From contig JABANN010000235.1 in the NCBI GenBank assembly GCA_013115125.1, forward strand, positions 1 through 48,740: DNA of 48,740 nucleotides, given 5' to 3'. The notes below the pieces were generated by a model. It was not told where the DNA came from. It ran no database searches and saw nothing but the letters and a program-made list of their open reading frames with translations. The stretch's first letter is position 1, and the number at the start of each line of letters is the position of its first letter. Shown piece by piece: positions 11,971-24,971 of the stretch. Source of the stretch: Perkinsus olseni. Taxonomy: Eukaryota. Made by a program: the position numbers and the translations under genes.

Positions 11971-14900
11971 TCACACTTCGACGATCTCCCCCTCCGGCGC
12001 ATCCGTATGGAACACTTGTCCGTTCAACAAAGAAGGGTACTTCTGCTCAGCTTCACGGTACAATCTGGTCTCCAGAGGCTCCTGAACAACACAATTGATC
12101 ACGCGATCGATTTGCGTATCTTTCGTGCTCATATCAACCATGCTTACAAAAGGTTTATAGATACTCCATTTTATGGACTTCGCACTCGGACACGATACGA
12201 CGCTCAACTTGGCGGTTCGTACCTGGACGCACTCGGAAGATTCATCCCTCAGAAAATAGAAAATGATATGATGAAAAAATATTAAGAAATGTAAAAATAG
12301 AAAACCCCCTCCCATTCCTACTGGTTTGTAGTCGAGACACTGGTCTGCGGCACCTCCCCTCAGCGCTCCACCATCATCACCAATCGACCATCGCTGACTC
12401 GCGTCAAACTGCTCCGAACAAGACGCCCTGAAAAAAAGGAATCTTTTTCTCTGCCATCCCCTTTCTCAACCTGTCAACCCGCAACAGTTCACCCATCATA
12501 CGAAAATCTTGATCATTTAGTGGCGCGTGACGCTGATTCTTACAGAGTAACTTCCCCGCTTCGGTCGGCTTGCAAGCAGGATGACGTCTGCACGTTGATA
12601 AGCCGCGAGGCGCCTTCCCCCTCCTCATCCGATCGCCACTTCTGTGATGCAGATGAACTGCACGAAGCCATCTAAAAATACAGCAGGAATTCCGGAAATT
12701 TATACCGTTAAAAATTTCAAAAAATTTCAGAAAATTCTGAAAACGAAAATCTTACCTGCACGTGGCCATCGTCGTCCACATCCAAACACCATCCACCATC
12801 GCGTAACGAAAATTCCCCGTCATCAGAATCTGACATGATATCGATCACTTGATCGATTCACGAATATCTTCTGAGCTGCCGAATCCTACCTGCAACATCC
12901 TTCACAAGCTTTTGCCCAGCCTTCGGAATTCCACCGTTCATCACACAATTTGCATAGTGGACCTACAACGCTCATTCACGCATACCACAACAAACGCAAC
13001 TTTTCTGTCATGAAAACTGCTGAATTTTGCAGCATTAATTTTGCTCACCCCAACAAAATATTCTTCGAGAATTTGATAACCAAACGAATATTTCGCCACG
13101 CAAAACAAACGGTGAACGAATTTTTCCCAACAAATTTTTGAACACAAAACCAAATGACTTGCGAATATCGCAAAAGTAAACTCGCATTGGTCCTGGAAGG
13201 TGCAATGCGACCAAGCCCGACCAAGCCCGAACGGAGGCTACTGGGATAACTTCTGTTTTCCGGATACACCCGGCGATAGGCGATCGAGCAATCGTCCTGT
13301 TCAGCACGTCCATCAACGTTCAACGATCTCGTGGAACGCCCGTGATGATTAGATGATGAACAGCAGTGATGATTAGATGGTGAACAGCAAGGACGATTAC
13401 TCGAACTCGAACTTCTGGTAGTGGAAGGGCCACAGGAGGTGGTCCTCTAAGGCCCTTTCCCGGCCTCTATAAGCATCGGAGATCGCCGCCCTAAAGGGTG
13501 CCCAGTCATCGTCGTCGCCAGTTGAGCCCCCGTGTGGCGTCGGGCCACTCGGAGGGCCACGGCTGCTGGATGAGGAGTCTCAAATCCGCGCAGTGTGCGG
13601 AATATCCTCTGTGTGTGGTGCGCCATATGCGAGAGATCTTCTCTGTGCGGGATGCCAGTACGCTAGGTTAGAGGATCGAACCAGGGCCTCAAGGTTAGGA
13701 GAATAGACGATGTGTCAAAAACGAATACGTATGAAGAGGGTTCAGCCAGCATGCATCGATCTGCCAGAGGTCCAGTCCTCTCTCAAGATCCATCGCTCTC
13801 CCGGAGACCTCACTCCTGAACATCCCCACGGTGGGGGCCCCACCCGCGACATCCTCCTGCCCGAAAGACGACTTAGCCTGAAGATTCGCCTCACGCCTAC
13901 ACTGGTACCGACGACCCGCTCTGAAGTGCGAATCTCGAGAGTCCTGAGGACTCTGTCCGCTGGTGTCAGGCCATTAAATATATATCTCCTAGCGGAGTAT
14001 CCCGACGAGCCTCGTCGGACGAGGATGTCGAACGAAGTAGGGCACATATTATGAGTTGAACCAATGGGCAGTGGCGGACTCTCGAGTCGAAAGTCTCGGC
14101 TGTATGATCAATCCAAGCACACTTCACACTACATCAGTTTCCGAGAGAAACCCGTCCCACCCCATACCACTCCAATCGTAACTCACCTCCCTAGTCGTCT
14201 TGACCCCAGCTTGAACAGACATGCACTTCGACTCGCCGAATTTAATCGGGGACCCTAACTCCGATGAAGTCTCAGAAAACGTCCACTCTTGGTTATAATT
14301 TCTCATCTGACCGCACGAACCACAATCGATCACCAAGGCGAGCGCTTTTTACACCCACCTTCGGGTTATAGCAAGTATACAACACTAATTTCGTCCCCGA
14401 GGAACTGTCAGCGCAAAGCGGCGCATCACCGATTTCCGCTGCTTTCAGTTGGAATCTTCCGCTACTCAATTTGGCCAGAGTGATGCTCTGTTCACCGAAA
14501 ACCTGCAAAAGAAGAGAATGTATTTAGCGCGCGCCTAAATGATCGATTAAGAAGAATACAAAACACCATTTCAGAAATCACAAGGGGATGTAGGATCTCA
14601 AAATACCATCTAAAAAATTTTCGGTAAATTCTCCAAAATTTCCAAATTTCCGCTGCTGTTAATCGGAAATAGACTCGAAGTGAACGCAGCGGACATAACT
14701 CCACAATGCGAGCAGGAAGGCGCGAAGGCTCGCGATGGAATAATCGATCACCATGGCGAGCGCTAGTTCCTTCAACTTACTCTGCCCGTTTCAGGATCAA
14801 CTTCGCACGGAAGTAACTCGAGGTGGTCTCCAGATGCCGTGAGACACTCGCCCGACTCGACTTCAACGATGCCTTTATGACGCGGGTCAACCTAAGATTC

Positions 14901-17900
14901 TTGGTATCTTCAAATTCTTCCGCGTGCGCAACTAACCCTGAAGCTTTGCTTGAACCCGGATGTTCCGCAATCTTCGATCGACACGTGAGCACCCTTCTCC
15001 CTTTCAGTTCCGATGCAGCCCGTCCGGCGTGCCCGAGGGTTGGAAGAGTACAACTTTCTGACAATGAAAATGATGAGCAGGAAATTTTCAGCGCATCTTC
15101 ATACCAATGAAACTCCTTATAATAGCACAAATGGCGTCACCCGTGAAAGATTCTTTCCCTCCCACTAAATCGATCGTTCAATCGATATTCCTCCGTCAAA
15201 CCACGCACACAGATCGAGCAAAGAACACGCCAACCTAAAGTTCCAACTGAGAACTACCTTTTCATACCAGACAAAATCTAATCAACTTTCGCGAACCCGA
15301 TCGTTTAGCAGAAAAAAAAATACCGGAAAATTTCAGAAAAAGTATAAAACAGATTCATCACCATCCCTCCTCACAATTGGTTTTGCTCCAACTTGATCCA
15401 CTGATCGTAGAACTCGCCGTACGTGCTGCAGACGTTCGTGCTCACATCCTGCCCGATGCCATTGCCCGACAGGCACTGATCTGTATTCCAATTCCTGACA
15501 AAAAACACTAAATTTCGCCGGATTTTTCCGAGGAAAATATCGTTTGCCTCTCTGAAAGCTCAGAGTCCGCGAGAGAAAACGCTTCACGATATTTCCCGAT
15601 ATTTCCGCTTTTTTAATCACCAGTGCGTTCACTTTCCGCTACAATTGATCAATTTACATTTTCCATAAAAATTTTGCGAGTCTTTTCCCCACGAAAAACC
15701 TCTCAACGTTAATCACCAACATGGACAATCCGATCAGCGGAAAATTTTTTTCACCTGAAACCCGAGCAGCATTTATTTCCATCCCGATTTCCGTGATGCC
15801 ACAGTTGCCCCTTGGAGGTGTCCGAGCACGGCGTTAGCACAATATTAGTGCTACCTGATGAGATGAGCACGATTCTATTTTATTTGTCTCAAAATTTTTC
15901 GAGGAAAAACGGGTGAAAATTGACTTCCCACAGAAAATGCTCCACCGCAAACTTCTCAACTATGATCCAAAAAATGTCTCACCAAAAATCCAGGAAAATT
16001 TCTACACTACCTCGAGCCTCCAAGCACATTCCCGAACTATCATCTTTCAAGTGGAACACTTGTCTTGGCACCAAACCCGCATCGAAATAGAGTGCACGAA
16101 ATCTGAAAGGGAAAAATGGGAAAAGTGTCACAAAATCGCTACTTTTCCCTCACCTGTACAGAAACCAAGCAAATGGTTTACATTTTAAATTCTCTTTTAT
16201 TTCCAAAATGTTACCTAAAGCGGAAGACCATCGATCCTAGGTTGACCTTGCAAGAAACAGAGCCGAAAGATATCACTTTTATGGAGAAGTCCACGCCAAA
16301 CACGACAAATTTACGGAAAAATTCCCAAAATCCGAAATTTCCCCGGAATTTCTCAGTCGCCCCTTGAAGCAGGAATTTCGTCAAAATAAACCTCCGAAAA
16401 TACGTAGAAATGTCACAGAATAAACACGCGAAAATAAATTTCAAAATAAATTTTATAAATGTCAAAATAAATTTCTCCCGACCTGGAAAAATTCATTCCC
16501 CTTATTACTGATATCAGGCTTCGCCATGGCACCCGTTTTGAAACCCGAGAACGCCGGGAAAGTCTCCAACTTCTCCAACCACTCGTCAAACCATGCCGAA
16601 GCAGCTCGATACCTGCGTCATGAAATAAGTAGTCAATACTCTGGTAGCGCTCGCCCGAGTGATGCTACTAACAATACACGGAAAAACTGACGAACCGATG
16701 ATGTCGGTCGACCGGGCGACACTTCTGAGATGAGCCGCATAAGGCAGATGCCTTCAGCGCTCGCCCAAATGATCGATTCATCTCCCAACCAAGAAAATGA
16801 ATCACGCTATCTCGCAAGAAAATGAGAGGGGGATCACACTCGCCGGTAAAACCGATTCTAAAACGATTTCCCCGTCCCACCGATTGGTAACAACAGCTCC
16901 GCCCGGGACGGTGTAGCGCGGCCGAGTCTTTGGGTTACTGGCAACTCTCCACATATGGGCAACGTAAGAATCAGGAGCATTAACCTAAGACGAAACAGAG
17001 AGTTTCTTCACCGCGCCACGAAATTCGTCACCGCGCCACGAAATTATTACAATCTCTCCACCGCACAGCCAGATCCTAAGGCTTTGATCGATATTCTCTC
17101 CACCCCAGCCGATCATCCGCGTGTCATAACCACCGGTCTCATTCCACCATCTACGAGACATCGCAAGGAGGCCACCGGACATGATCGGGACGTATCTGAA
17201 GTAGGTCGCAGGTTCGAACCCCGCACATGTCATTTTAGAACCAGTCGCTGTTTTCACGTTGAAATCACTCCGGATTTTCCGAACTGAAAGAACATCAATT
17301 TCGACGACGACGTGAAAAATCGCCACAATTGAACAAAACAGAAATCACTAAGATTAAAAGTCGTGTTGCTTTCCCATGCGAAAGAAAGCAAACCCCGAAG
17401 ATACGATATAGACAAAACTTGGCCGTCATTTTCGTAATTCTTAGGGTTAGAAAAAAAGAGAAGATTCTCCATTATCGACCTCGAACCGAACACTATAGGA
17501 CGTCAGTCAGTTCCCGGCAAATCCGAAGTATGAAATCGGTCATCTGATCGATTTGTACCATCACTTACTTGTCTTCATCCGTGAACCATTTGAAATCAGC
17601 GTCCCAGGTAAGATAACACTTCGCCATGCCGCTGCCTGTGCGATGCTCTTCCCACGTATCAGGATCCAAGTTGGTGATGGTAGGCACGACCACGCCTAAG
17701 ACAGAAAAAAAGATTCTCCACGCGCCCCGAAACAGCAAACATACATAATCGTCGAGAGAAAATATGCGAAAAATTCCGATCCTCGCTCACGTTTATAGTT
17801 AGTTCTTATTTGTTTGACGATTGGATTGAACCAGTCTTCTGCTGGCTTGACATGACAGTCCAGGAAGATGATGATATCACCGGTTGCTTCGGCCGCACCT

Positions 17901-20900
17901 GCACAACGACGAAATCGAACAACGAACTCAAATTCCAATTTTTCCCGTTTTTCTTTAGTCCACCTGCTCGTAAAAAATCGGCAAACTGTAGGTAATCAAA
18001 AAATCTTGAAAAAGCAACATCACCCATGTAGTCTACAAACAAGTCAGATGAGACCAGACTCAGGATGCTCGTAGTAGCTCGGTAGTCACCTTTCTTCGCC
18101 TCGGTTTGGAAGGCAGTGGTGGCTCAGAGATGAGAGTAAGCTGACCGGCTCCCGTTGGGATGCCCATCGCAAAGTTGATATAGGCTGTACACTGTAGCTG
18201 CGAGTTCCTTCTCCAGTGATGACGTTGACATGTCTCTGCCCACTGCAGCGCCCACTCAGGTGTAGCCAGCAAGCTTATAACCGGACTTGCTCCTGATTGC
18301 CAACACACGTCAGTTTGCTGGCCGGCCGCTAAGACGACTGCTTTCATCTACACAGCACTTGCGGAAGATATTTGGCCAGTTCGCGCCTAATTTACCTTGA
18401 ATTCGCAATCAACGTGGCTGCTGCAAGCGTAAACTCTGTAGTGTGGAATCTCCTGCGTCTTGGATGTACTCGAACACCACAAGCGGACGTCAAACAACAG
18501 CTCCAGACTCTCCCTCAGCCGTCGACACCACACGTCCTTGGTTGTCAATTGGTGACCAATTTTTCCATTATGCTGATCAGGCTTCAAGGTCTCTTGAGGT
18601 TCGCCGAAATCTCTTGTCTCGGACATTTCTAAGAACCGCCTACGGAGAACTTGAATGAAAATATCAGCCCAGGGCACTCCGGAAAAAACGGCCGTCCTTG
18701 ACAATATGTAATTCAGCCTTCTCAACGGTTTAGTCATGGCGAGTGAGACTCGTCCTTGACTATTCAGTGACTTTCTTGACTATCTGTAGTTACCCATACG
18801 CCTACACGGTTGAGCTGACCTATTCCCAGCTTGCACTAGCTCATAACGTATAAAACCGGTGGAGTTCACCAGGCTTCACCTTGACAGACATCTCAGGCGG
18901 TGAACTTCCGCGTTCGACTGGAGTCCTCAGTTCGAGGATTTTCAAGGGGCACATCCCTCAGTTTTCCATTCCTCGTAATTCTTCCAGCGGAATGTGCACC
19001 CATGTGGTCTGCCAGTGCTCCATCCACTCCGAACCAAATACTGGTAAATGGCGACCCGCACGAACCAGAAGTAGAGCGCTGTCATATTCCCGCCGGCGCA
19101 GATATCGCTCAGCAGAGCATCTTCTCGACAGATCTCTGTGAGATGGCAGTCCGTACCATCGCCGGCTCGACGGACCAACATACATCTTTCACGAACTCTC
19201 ATTGAGGGACCCTCCGTGAGTCTAGCGCACTCGCGTACATGCTCAAAACCGCAAACGTCACGAGAGAGTCACTCAAGCCGTGAACTGCTTTCGACCGAAA
19301 CACCAGTGATGAGTCAATTTTGAGTGATAGAAAATTCAGTGGGGCCGTGCCAATGGCAAAAGATTTTCCGCCGGAAAATTTCCGGTCGGGTTTTTATGGT
19401 GATCATTCTGAACGACACCAATTGGCAATTCGAGTTTCACACGGACAATTCAGAAACTCGCGACTGCTTTTAATGAATTTGGTATAATCGTCCGCAGCAA
19501 TTAACGGGTAAAATATTCCGATTCCTCACCTTTGCTCTTGGCGTTGATGAGTCCTGTGAAAGATGAATGTCGAACCCATTTGATCTTCAACCTGGGCGAG
19601 AAAAATCGAGAGAAAAATTGATGAACCCCCGGTACTCCTTCTGCTCCTCTTCAGTGAGAAGTGTATTCAACGGAGGAGTGCTCCCATCGTCCACAACAAC
19701 CTACGGAATAATTTACCCAGCTTAAACCGTTCGTCAATTCCTACAACTTCCTGTAGTATATTTGCCGGTGTTGCCTCATTCACTGACTTCACCGTTTTGA
19801 CCATAAACTCACCCTCGTTGGCGCACGGTAAAACCTGCGAAAAAATTGCACGATTTAGGGAAAAAACAGAGAATAAATTTCGTAGTCACAAAAATTTCAG
19901 CTACGAAAAATTTGCGATGCAAATTTGGCACGCAAAAACGGATCATCGGTGTGGGATTTTTTTGGTAAAAAACTACTAAGGCTAAAAATACTTGCAAAAA
20001 TTCGTAAAAAAGATCGAATAACTGAAGACCCGGAGAATGCACATGAACCCCCCTCCTTCCGATGAGATGATACGGAATCCTTTCAACCGTAAAAATACTT
20101 TTCATCAAATTTTTTTCTGCAAAAATAGCGCCGGTGAGAAAAACCCGCGGGGAACTCACAACGCTGATTTTCGGCTGATACAAGAAGCCGCCTGCCAACG
20201 CCTGACCGCCCGCCGCGAAATTATTGGCACCTGAAAAAGATACGAAAATCCAGCGTATCCCGGACGGAAAATTTCACCCAATTTTCTCCCAACGATTATA
20301 GACTTTTCATGCTCATGTAGAGAACCCCGTTCCAATATCACCTTCTTCTTTCGCGGAGGAACTGTTGAGAATAGGATCGAATAATGTGGTATTATTGTGA
20401 ATCCAAATAACACCCCGGCACACTTGCAACTGCACGACATAAAAAACCTGAAAAATTAAGATAATTTTCCGGAAAATTTCCTGTTAACCTCACTAGTAGT
20501 CGCCAAATGAAAGGTATCCTGGAAATCCGGCTAGACCGTGCACACAACGCGAAGGCCGCTGCGACGCAGGAAAGTAGGAGTGCAGTCACTGAGAAAAAGA
20601 AAAGAACAATTTCGTTTGCGCGGAAAAGACGGTATGAATCTTGAGAGAATCTTTTTGTTGGGACCACTTCATGCGTGAAAAAATTTGGGAACGTGCAATT
20701 TTCTCTTCTCTAAAATACAGAAACTTAGCTGTGAATCCAGAAAACTGTCTTCCGGTGGCAACCCCGGAAAAATCGAAAACAAGTGCGCGGGGGAAGATTC
20801 ATCATTCGTGTAGGGCGAGTTTGAGTTTCACGGAAAAATTTCCCGAAGATTTCCCGGGGAAATGGTGGGCCCTTGAGAGGAAAGACAAATTGAGGTCGTC

Positions 20901-21159
20901 GATCGCGAGCTGCGATGAAGTCCATCGGATAAGGAAATTCCGTACCAGAACGAAAGCGGGGTGAGGGAATCTCCTGAGTTCACTAATTATCCGAAAAATT
21001 ACATCTGCGGCATCTGGTCGATAGCCCCTCGCGGAATGAGGAAAATCCGCGGCCACGGAAGTGGGGGTTCTTTCCAATAAAAAGTAAATTATCGTGTAAT
21101 TCACACGAGTCAAAACGTGAAACGTTCACCAACAGAAGCTTTAACAGGCAGCAGAACAT
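11971..21159 (-). CDS. Polypeptide N-acetylgalactosaminyltransferase (GT27) with multiple ricin-type lectin repeats; 5' end approximate
   Basis: PKISV|VLPCANEG, VVVDDGS, GLINAKSKGA, DxH motif ATGDIIIFLDCHVKP, VVVPTI, PIMSGGLLAMSRRWWNETGGYD..WGGENIDQSLRIWLCGG, SYVAHMWR. Ricin repeats follow (SGMCLEA..PC..QLW, DQCLSG, SGECLTA, NQEW, WCLDV..QKW, QRW..QCLDY). Last exon EPLETRLY...EV* ends at 11971. Confidence 0.93.
13342..13399. repeat. 24-bp tandem repeat, ~2.4 copies
   Basis: GTGATGATTAGATGATGAACAGCA (13342-13365), GTGATGATTAGATGGTGAACAGCA (13366-13389), partial third copy. Confidence 0.9.
13342..14060 (-). mobile_element. Intronic insertion: GC-rich frameshifted coding-like remnant with a tRNA-like segment and tandem-repeat tail (retroposon-like)
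   Basis: Unlike the AT-rich host introns. Broken frames end WAPFRAAISDAYRGRERALEDHLLWPFHYQKFEFE* directly before the 24-bp repeat. tRNA T-arm-like segment at 13672-13700. Confidence 0.4.
18086..18626 (-). CDS. Nested 3-exon gene or transposase fragment with a WRKY/GCM1-like C-x2-H-x2-C...H zinc finger, in the GalNAc-T intron
   Basis: Exons 18626-18396, 18347-18291 and 18235-18086. Introns are 48 nt GT-AG and 55 nt GC-AG. Spliced product reads YRVYACSSHVDCEFK|MKAVVLAAGQQTDVCWQSG|RHVNVITGEG. Confidence 0.55.
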
Positions 21160-21528
21160 CGCCAGGAAGAACAGACCGATTGAAGGTTGTGCGCAAGTCT
21201 TATGTTGTCAGAGGTTCCCTCGTGAACTACACCCAAGTGAGTGAGTAGAAGAGAGATAGCGTCACCCCAACCTCTTATTGATAATTTTTCGGGAAATTCC
21301 CGAAAACCTGTTGGGAAGCTTTGTACAGTTTTAGAGAACCATTAAAACCTGTCTTCACAATTCACGGAGAAGAAGAGAAGAGAAGAAAAGAAAAGGGAAA
21401 TCTAGTTTACGGGACTCCACTACGAAAAAATATCGCCGTTTCGAGCCGAAAATTTCATGACTATTTCCACTACTCCTAATTTCACCCCCGTGGCTGTTAA
21501 TGAAAAATCTATATGTAAAGGTCGACCC

Positions 21529-24500
21529 ATGTCAGGCACACGTCACAAATATACCCTGTTGTTGTTATTATTATTACCAACAGCAGCAGCCTCCCATCGC
21601 AACAACAGCAGCAGCAGCGGCATGAGGAAGAGAGTTGCACACCGGACGATTTGTCGACGCGCATATGAGACGTTCTCTTTGGCCATGTTAAATAGGAAAC
21701 GATAGTAACGTGGTGGAAGGTGCTAACAAGGCGGTGAGTGTTGTGTTGTGTGGAGATGAACGATTATGCGTGGGTAATTTACTCACAAATAGCGATTATG
21801 TTCGAGTGAGCTTTTCCGTGTTGGCGATATTTTGCACAGTAATAATCGCTCGTTTTCGAGTGAATTTGAAAATCAACATTAGTGGTGCCAGTTGAAATCA
21901 TCGCCGTCGTGTTTACTCACCCATGAAAGTATCTTCAGGTTGCCGGGCAACCGTTGCCCCGTGAAAAAAAGATACTTCACAAAGAGCATCATTCTGCCTT
22001 ACCATATAAATGATGATCACCGAGTGTTTAGTATTATTATGTTGATAATATGTCCGCCCCAATATCCTCGCCTACCACACCTTTGACAAATCAGGCGGTA
22101 GCCGATAAGCTCAGCGACATGAGTTTTCGATTCCCCCAATTTCTCATGGCGTAATAATAATCTAACTTCTTCCCAATTACCCCATTTTCTCTTTTTCAGG
22201 GAAGGCCTTCACCCCGGTAACGTCTTAGAGTACTTCTATCAGTCTCCTTTCTACCTGCAGCTGGACGGCCCCGAGAGCCTGAACGATAAGGTCGGCCATT
22301 TCCGCAGTATCTTTCGCACACTTGTTTTTGTGCGGACATGAATAATACTCGATTTCGTTCGACGCTCGGCAGATTGTAATCGAACTCATCGATGTTCTAA
22401 AGTAACTGGTATCAAGCATTTTCATCGCCCGAAAATTATTTAGTCTTAGAAAAGAAATATTCCGATAGAGGTTCATCCGCCCAGAATTCCGTATGTCTCC
22501 GGCACAGTTAAAGTAGAGTTGGTAATATTCTTACTTAGTTCGTCGCGATGTACCACACGATTCGAGGTTCTGTTGTCCGCCAAGTCCATCGAATGTTTGA
22601 GTTTCTCCGATAGCTATCCGGCTGGTGATTTCGAGGAAAGCTCCTTGCGGTTGTTGCCGTGAAGAGATGTTATGCTTGGGCTGCTTCAGGTGAGGAAGAA
22701 CGAACTACGGCCTGAAGAAGTGCCGTATACTGAAGGGACTGTGTATGAGCTGGTGGGGATGAATAAAGAGGGGGAAGCGGGCAAGTACAGTCTAGCTGGC
22801 AGAGCACTCAGCCTTTGAAGCCGTAGATCCCCGGTTCGATCCCTTTCAGTGTCCCTTTGAGTATATTCGTCATTCAACGAGTGAAGCAGCGGAAAGCGGG
22901 CTTTCGTACCGGTCCGGGTGGACAACCAGTGCCATGCCGAAGAGCTGCTCAGCAGATGTTTTACATAATAGCAGGAAACGCGTAGTAACTTGGGGTGCTC
23001 TACTGAGATGGCAAGATACTCTGAGATGCGCTCTAGATCTTTCCACGTCAGCGTACGCGTTTCGGTAGGCGAGTTGACGAAAGCCGGAGTCTTGTTGCTT
23101 CTTTACGAGGCATGCATGAGAAAAGTTTTTTGCGGAAGCATTTTTGTCGTTGATTTTCTCCCTTATTTTTCATTTTCATCACTCGAGACTAATTCCGCAG
23201 CTCGCGACAGTACCTTGGTCGAGTCGAACTTACTCGAAAAGATATTGGCGAAGGTATCTTCCGACTTTTACTTGTTGCGAGATTATGTCTTCGAGAGCGG
23301 CCTAAGAAAGTTGATACCGAGTTTAACCTGGTTTCAACTGTCTTGCATCTGTCGGAGTTTCTCTTGCGATACGGAAAACACATTTCACAACGCGATTTTC
23401 ATTTTGCGAAAAGCGGTGCTTCACGGGTGAAGCCCCATCGTTGTCTTATCTGCGCTAATAGGTATAAAGCGCCTTGCCTGGGACGCCTGTTGGAGCGTCA
23501 GTTGACAATGGCATTCACTAGAGTGGACGATATACTCAATACATGCAAAGAGACCTTCGGGATGTCCTCTTCGGGTTGTAAGTGGCACGGGGTCTCCATG
23601 TTAATTCTTGTAGCCGTTGTGGAAGGAGTGGTATGGATATTTGCCACTGTATTGTCAGTACTGCAAGGGGATGATAATGAATTGACGGAGAAGGCTCTCG
23701 AAAGCACGGAGGATGCGGAAGTGTCGCAAGGTGATAACGGGGTTGAAACTGATGCAGTGCTCCTTCGACAGCCGCACAGGAATCTAGGGTCGACCCATAG
23801 ACTTTACACGTGGTAAAGATACCAGCAAGATTTCTTGCAGTAGCAGAATTGCTCACCTTCCAGCATTGTCATAGGAATTGTGCTTGTGTAGTTGGCAGGC
23901 TTTTTTCGGTACCCCCACCTTCTCGTCCCTGCTGTAAACATGAGTGCTACGAATCGACTCGGGGAGAATTCAGAGAGAACTTTTTTTCGTCAGGCCGGAA
24001 ATTTTCAACGAAATCTTCATCACTCTCACTGAGGCTTCATCACTCTGTGATCACTTCTTAATGCAAGTCACTTAGCTTGTATCATTACGCATTTTCGAAT
24101 CATCGTTGTTTTGCCATTTTTTCTCTCTCCTAATTTTCGAAGTTTACTTGGACCCAATCGATTCGAATTTTCATTCGCACGGAAAAATTTTCCCGTCCCT
24201 TCGCGAAGATCCTGAGGAATGCGCTCGCTGATCAAAATGTTGATGTTAATGGCTGGATGGTTCTGATCCCTTATCGTCAGATGGCGTTCCGATGGAGGTC
24301 GGTAGCGAGGAAGGCAGCGACACTTCGTCATCATCATCGTCGTCAGAGAGTGAGGATGATGATGAAGGTGGGAGAGGTCTGAAGCGGAGAGAGAGGTTTG
24401 GATGGCCGAGGTAGAATGGCGGCGGGGTAGAGCGTCAGGTGAACTTTTCGGAAGGATGATGGCACTGGTTCGTTTCCTCGTACGTGTGATACGTCTTGAA

Positions 24501-24971
24501 TGTGTCTGTAGTGCTGACTAGAACTTGCCGAGTAGCGCGCTATGGTTGGTTCAGTTGTCGTGTGACTTTGCTCTCGCGCGATGAAGAGATCGATACCAAC
24601 TTTTCAGCACTTTTTCATCATTTCTTACCGATACTTGTTAATTATCATTCATGGGGTTAACCCGATGATGCGCGGTCAATGGAATTTGGTAGAATTATCT
24701 TAAAAAAGAGCAAAAAGTCAGATTTTTCTCAGATTTGTAAAATTCGCTCGCCCGGGTGTAGGCAGTAGAACGTTGCTCGATCAAACGCTGAGGGAAGAAG
24801 TGGTGAGGGTGAGAGATCGATTCACGAAGTATCAGAAGGAAGAGATGGAAGCAAAAGTTAAGGAAGAGCAAGATAAGGCAAGGGAGCAAGATGTGGGTGA
24901 TAGGCTTCGAAAAATCACTGAGAAGAAAGAAAGTTGATTACGTTTCCGCGAAGTTTGTGCGGAGTTTTTGA
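21529..24971 (+). CDS. Hypothetical multi-exon protein with Gln-rich N-terminus and acidic/Ser-rich C-terminal region
   Basis: Short AG/GT-bounded exons: QQQQQQRHEEESC, LKSSPSCLLTHESIF, IVIELIDVL, VRKNELRPEEVPYTEGT, VESNLLEKILAK, LTMAFTRVDDILNTCKETFG, EVGSEEGSDTSSSSSSSESEDDDE, RDRFTKYQKEEMEAK. No family recognised; ends approximate. Confidence 0.6.
22779..22855 (+). pseudogene. Degenerate tRNA-like sequence (TTG in anticodon position), intronic
   Basis: TAGCTGGCAGAGCA (D-arm/A-box-like), CAGC-CTTTGAA-GCCG, AGATC CCCGGTTCGATCCC (B-box). T and acceptor stems are broken. Confidence 0.5.

Noticed and set aside
14090..14260. LINE reverse-transcriptase-like reading IKFGESKC...VLGLIIQPRLS
   Set aside because: IKFGESKCMSV is in frame with the ricin NQEW exon of the GalNAc-T and is followed by a GTGAGT donor. 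A lectin exon is more parsimonious.
14700..15130. ORF 14777-15130 as a tyrosine-recombinase fragment
   Set aside because: Another frame gives clear ricin repeats (TGCIGT, SGECLTASGDHLELLPC) bounded by AG/GT. These are GalNAc-T exons.
23500..23580. PP2C-like AF..VD...SG segment
   Set aside because: No other PP2C motifs (DGHGG, N.GDSR, DG.WD) were found. It fits as an exon of the hypothetical gene.
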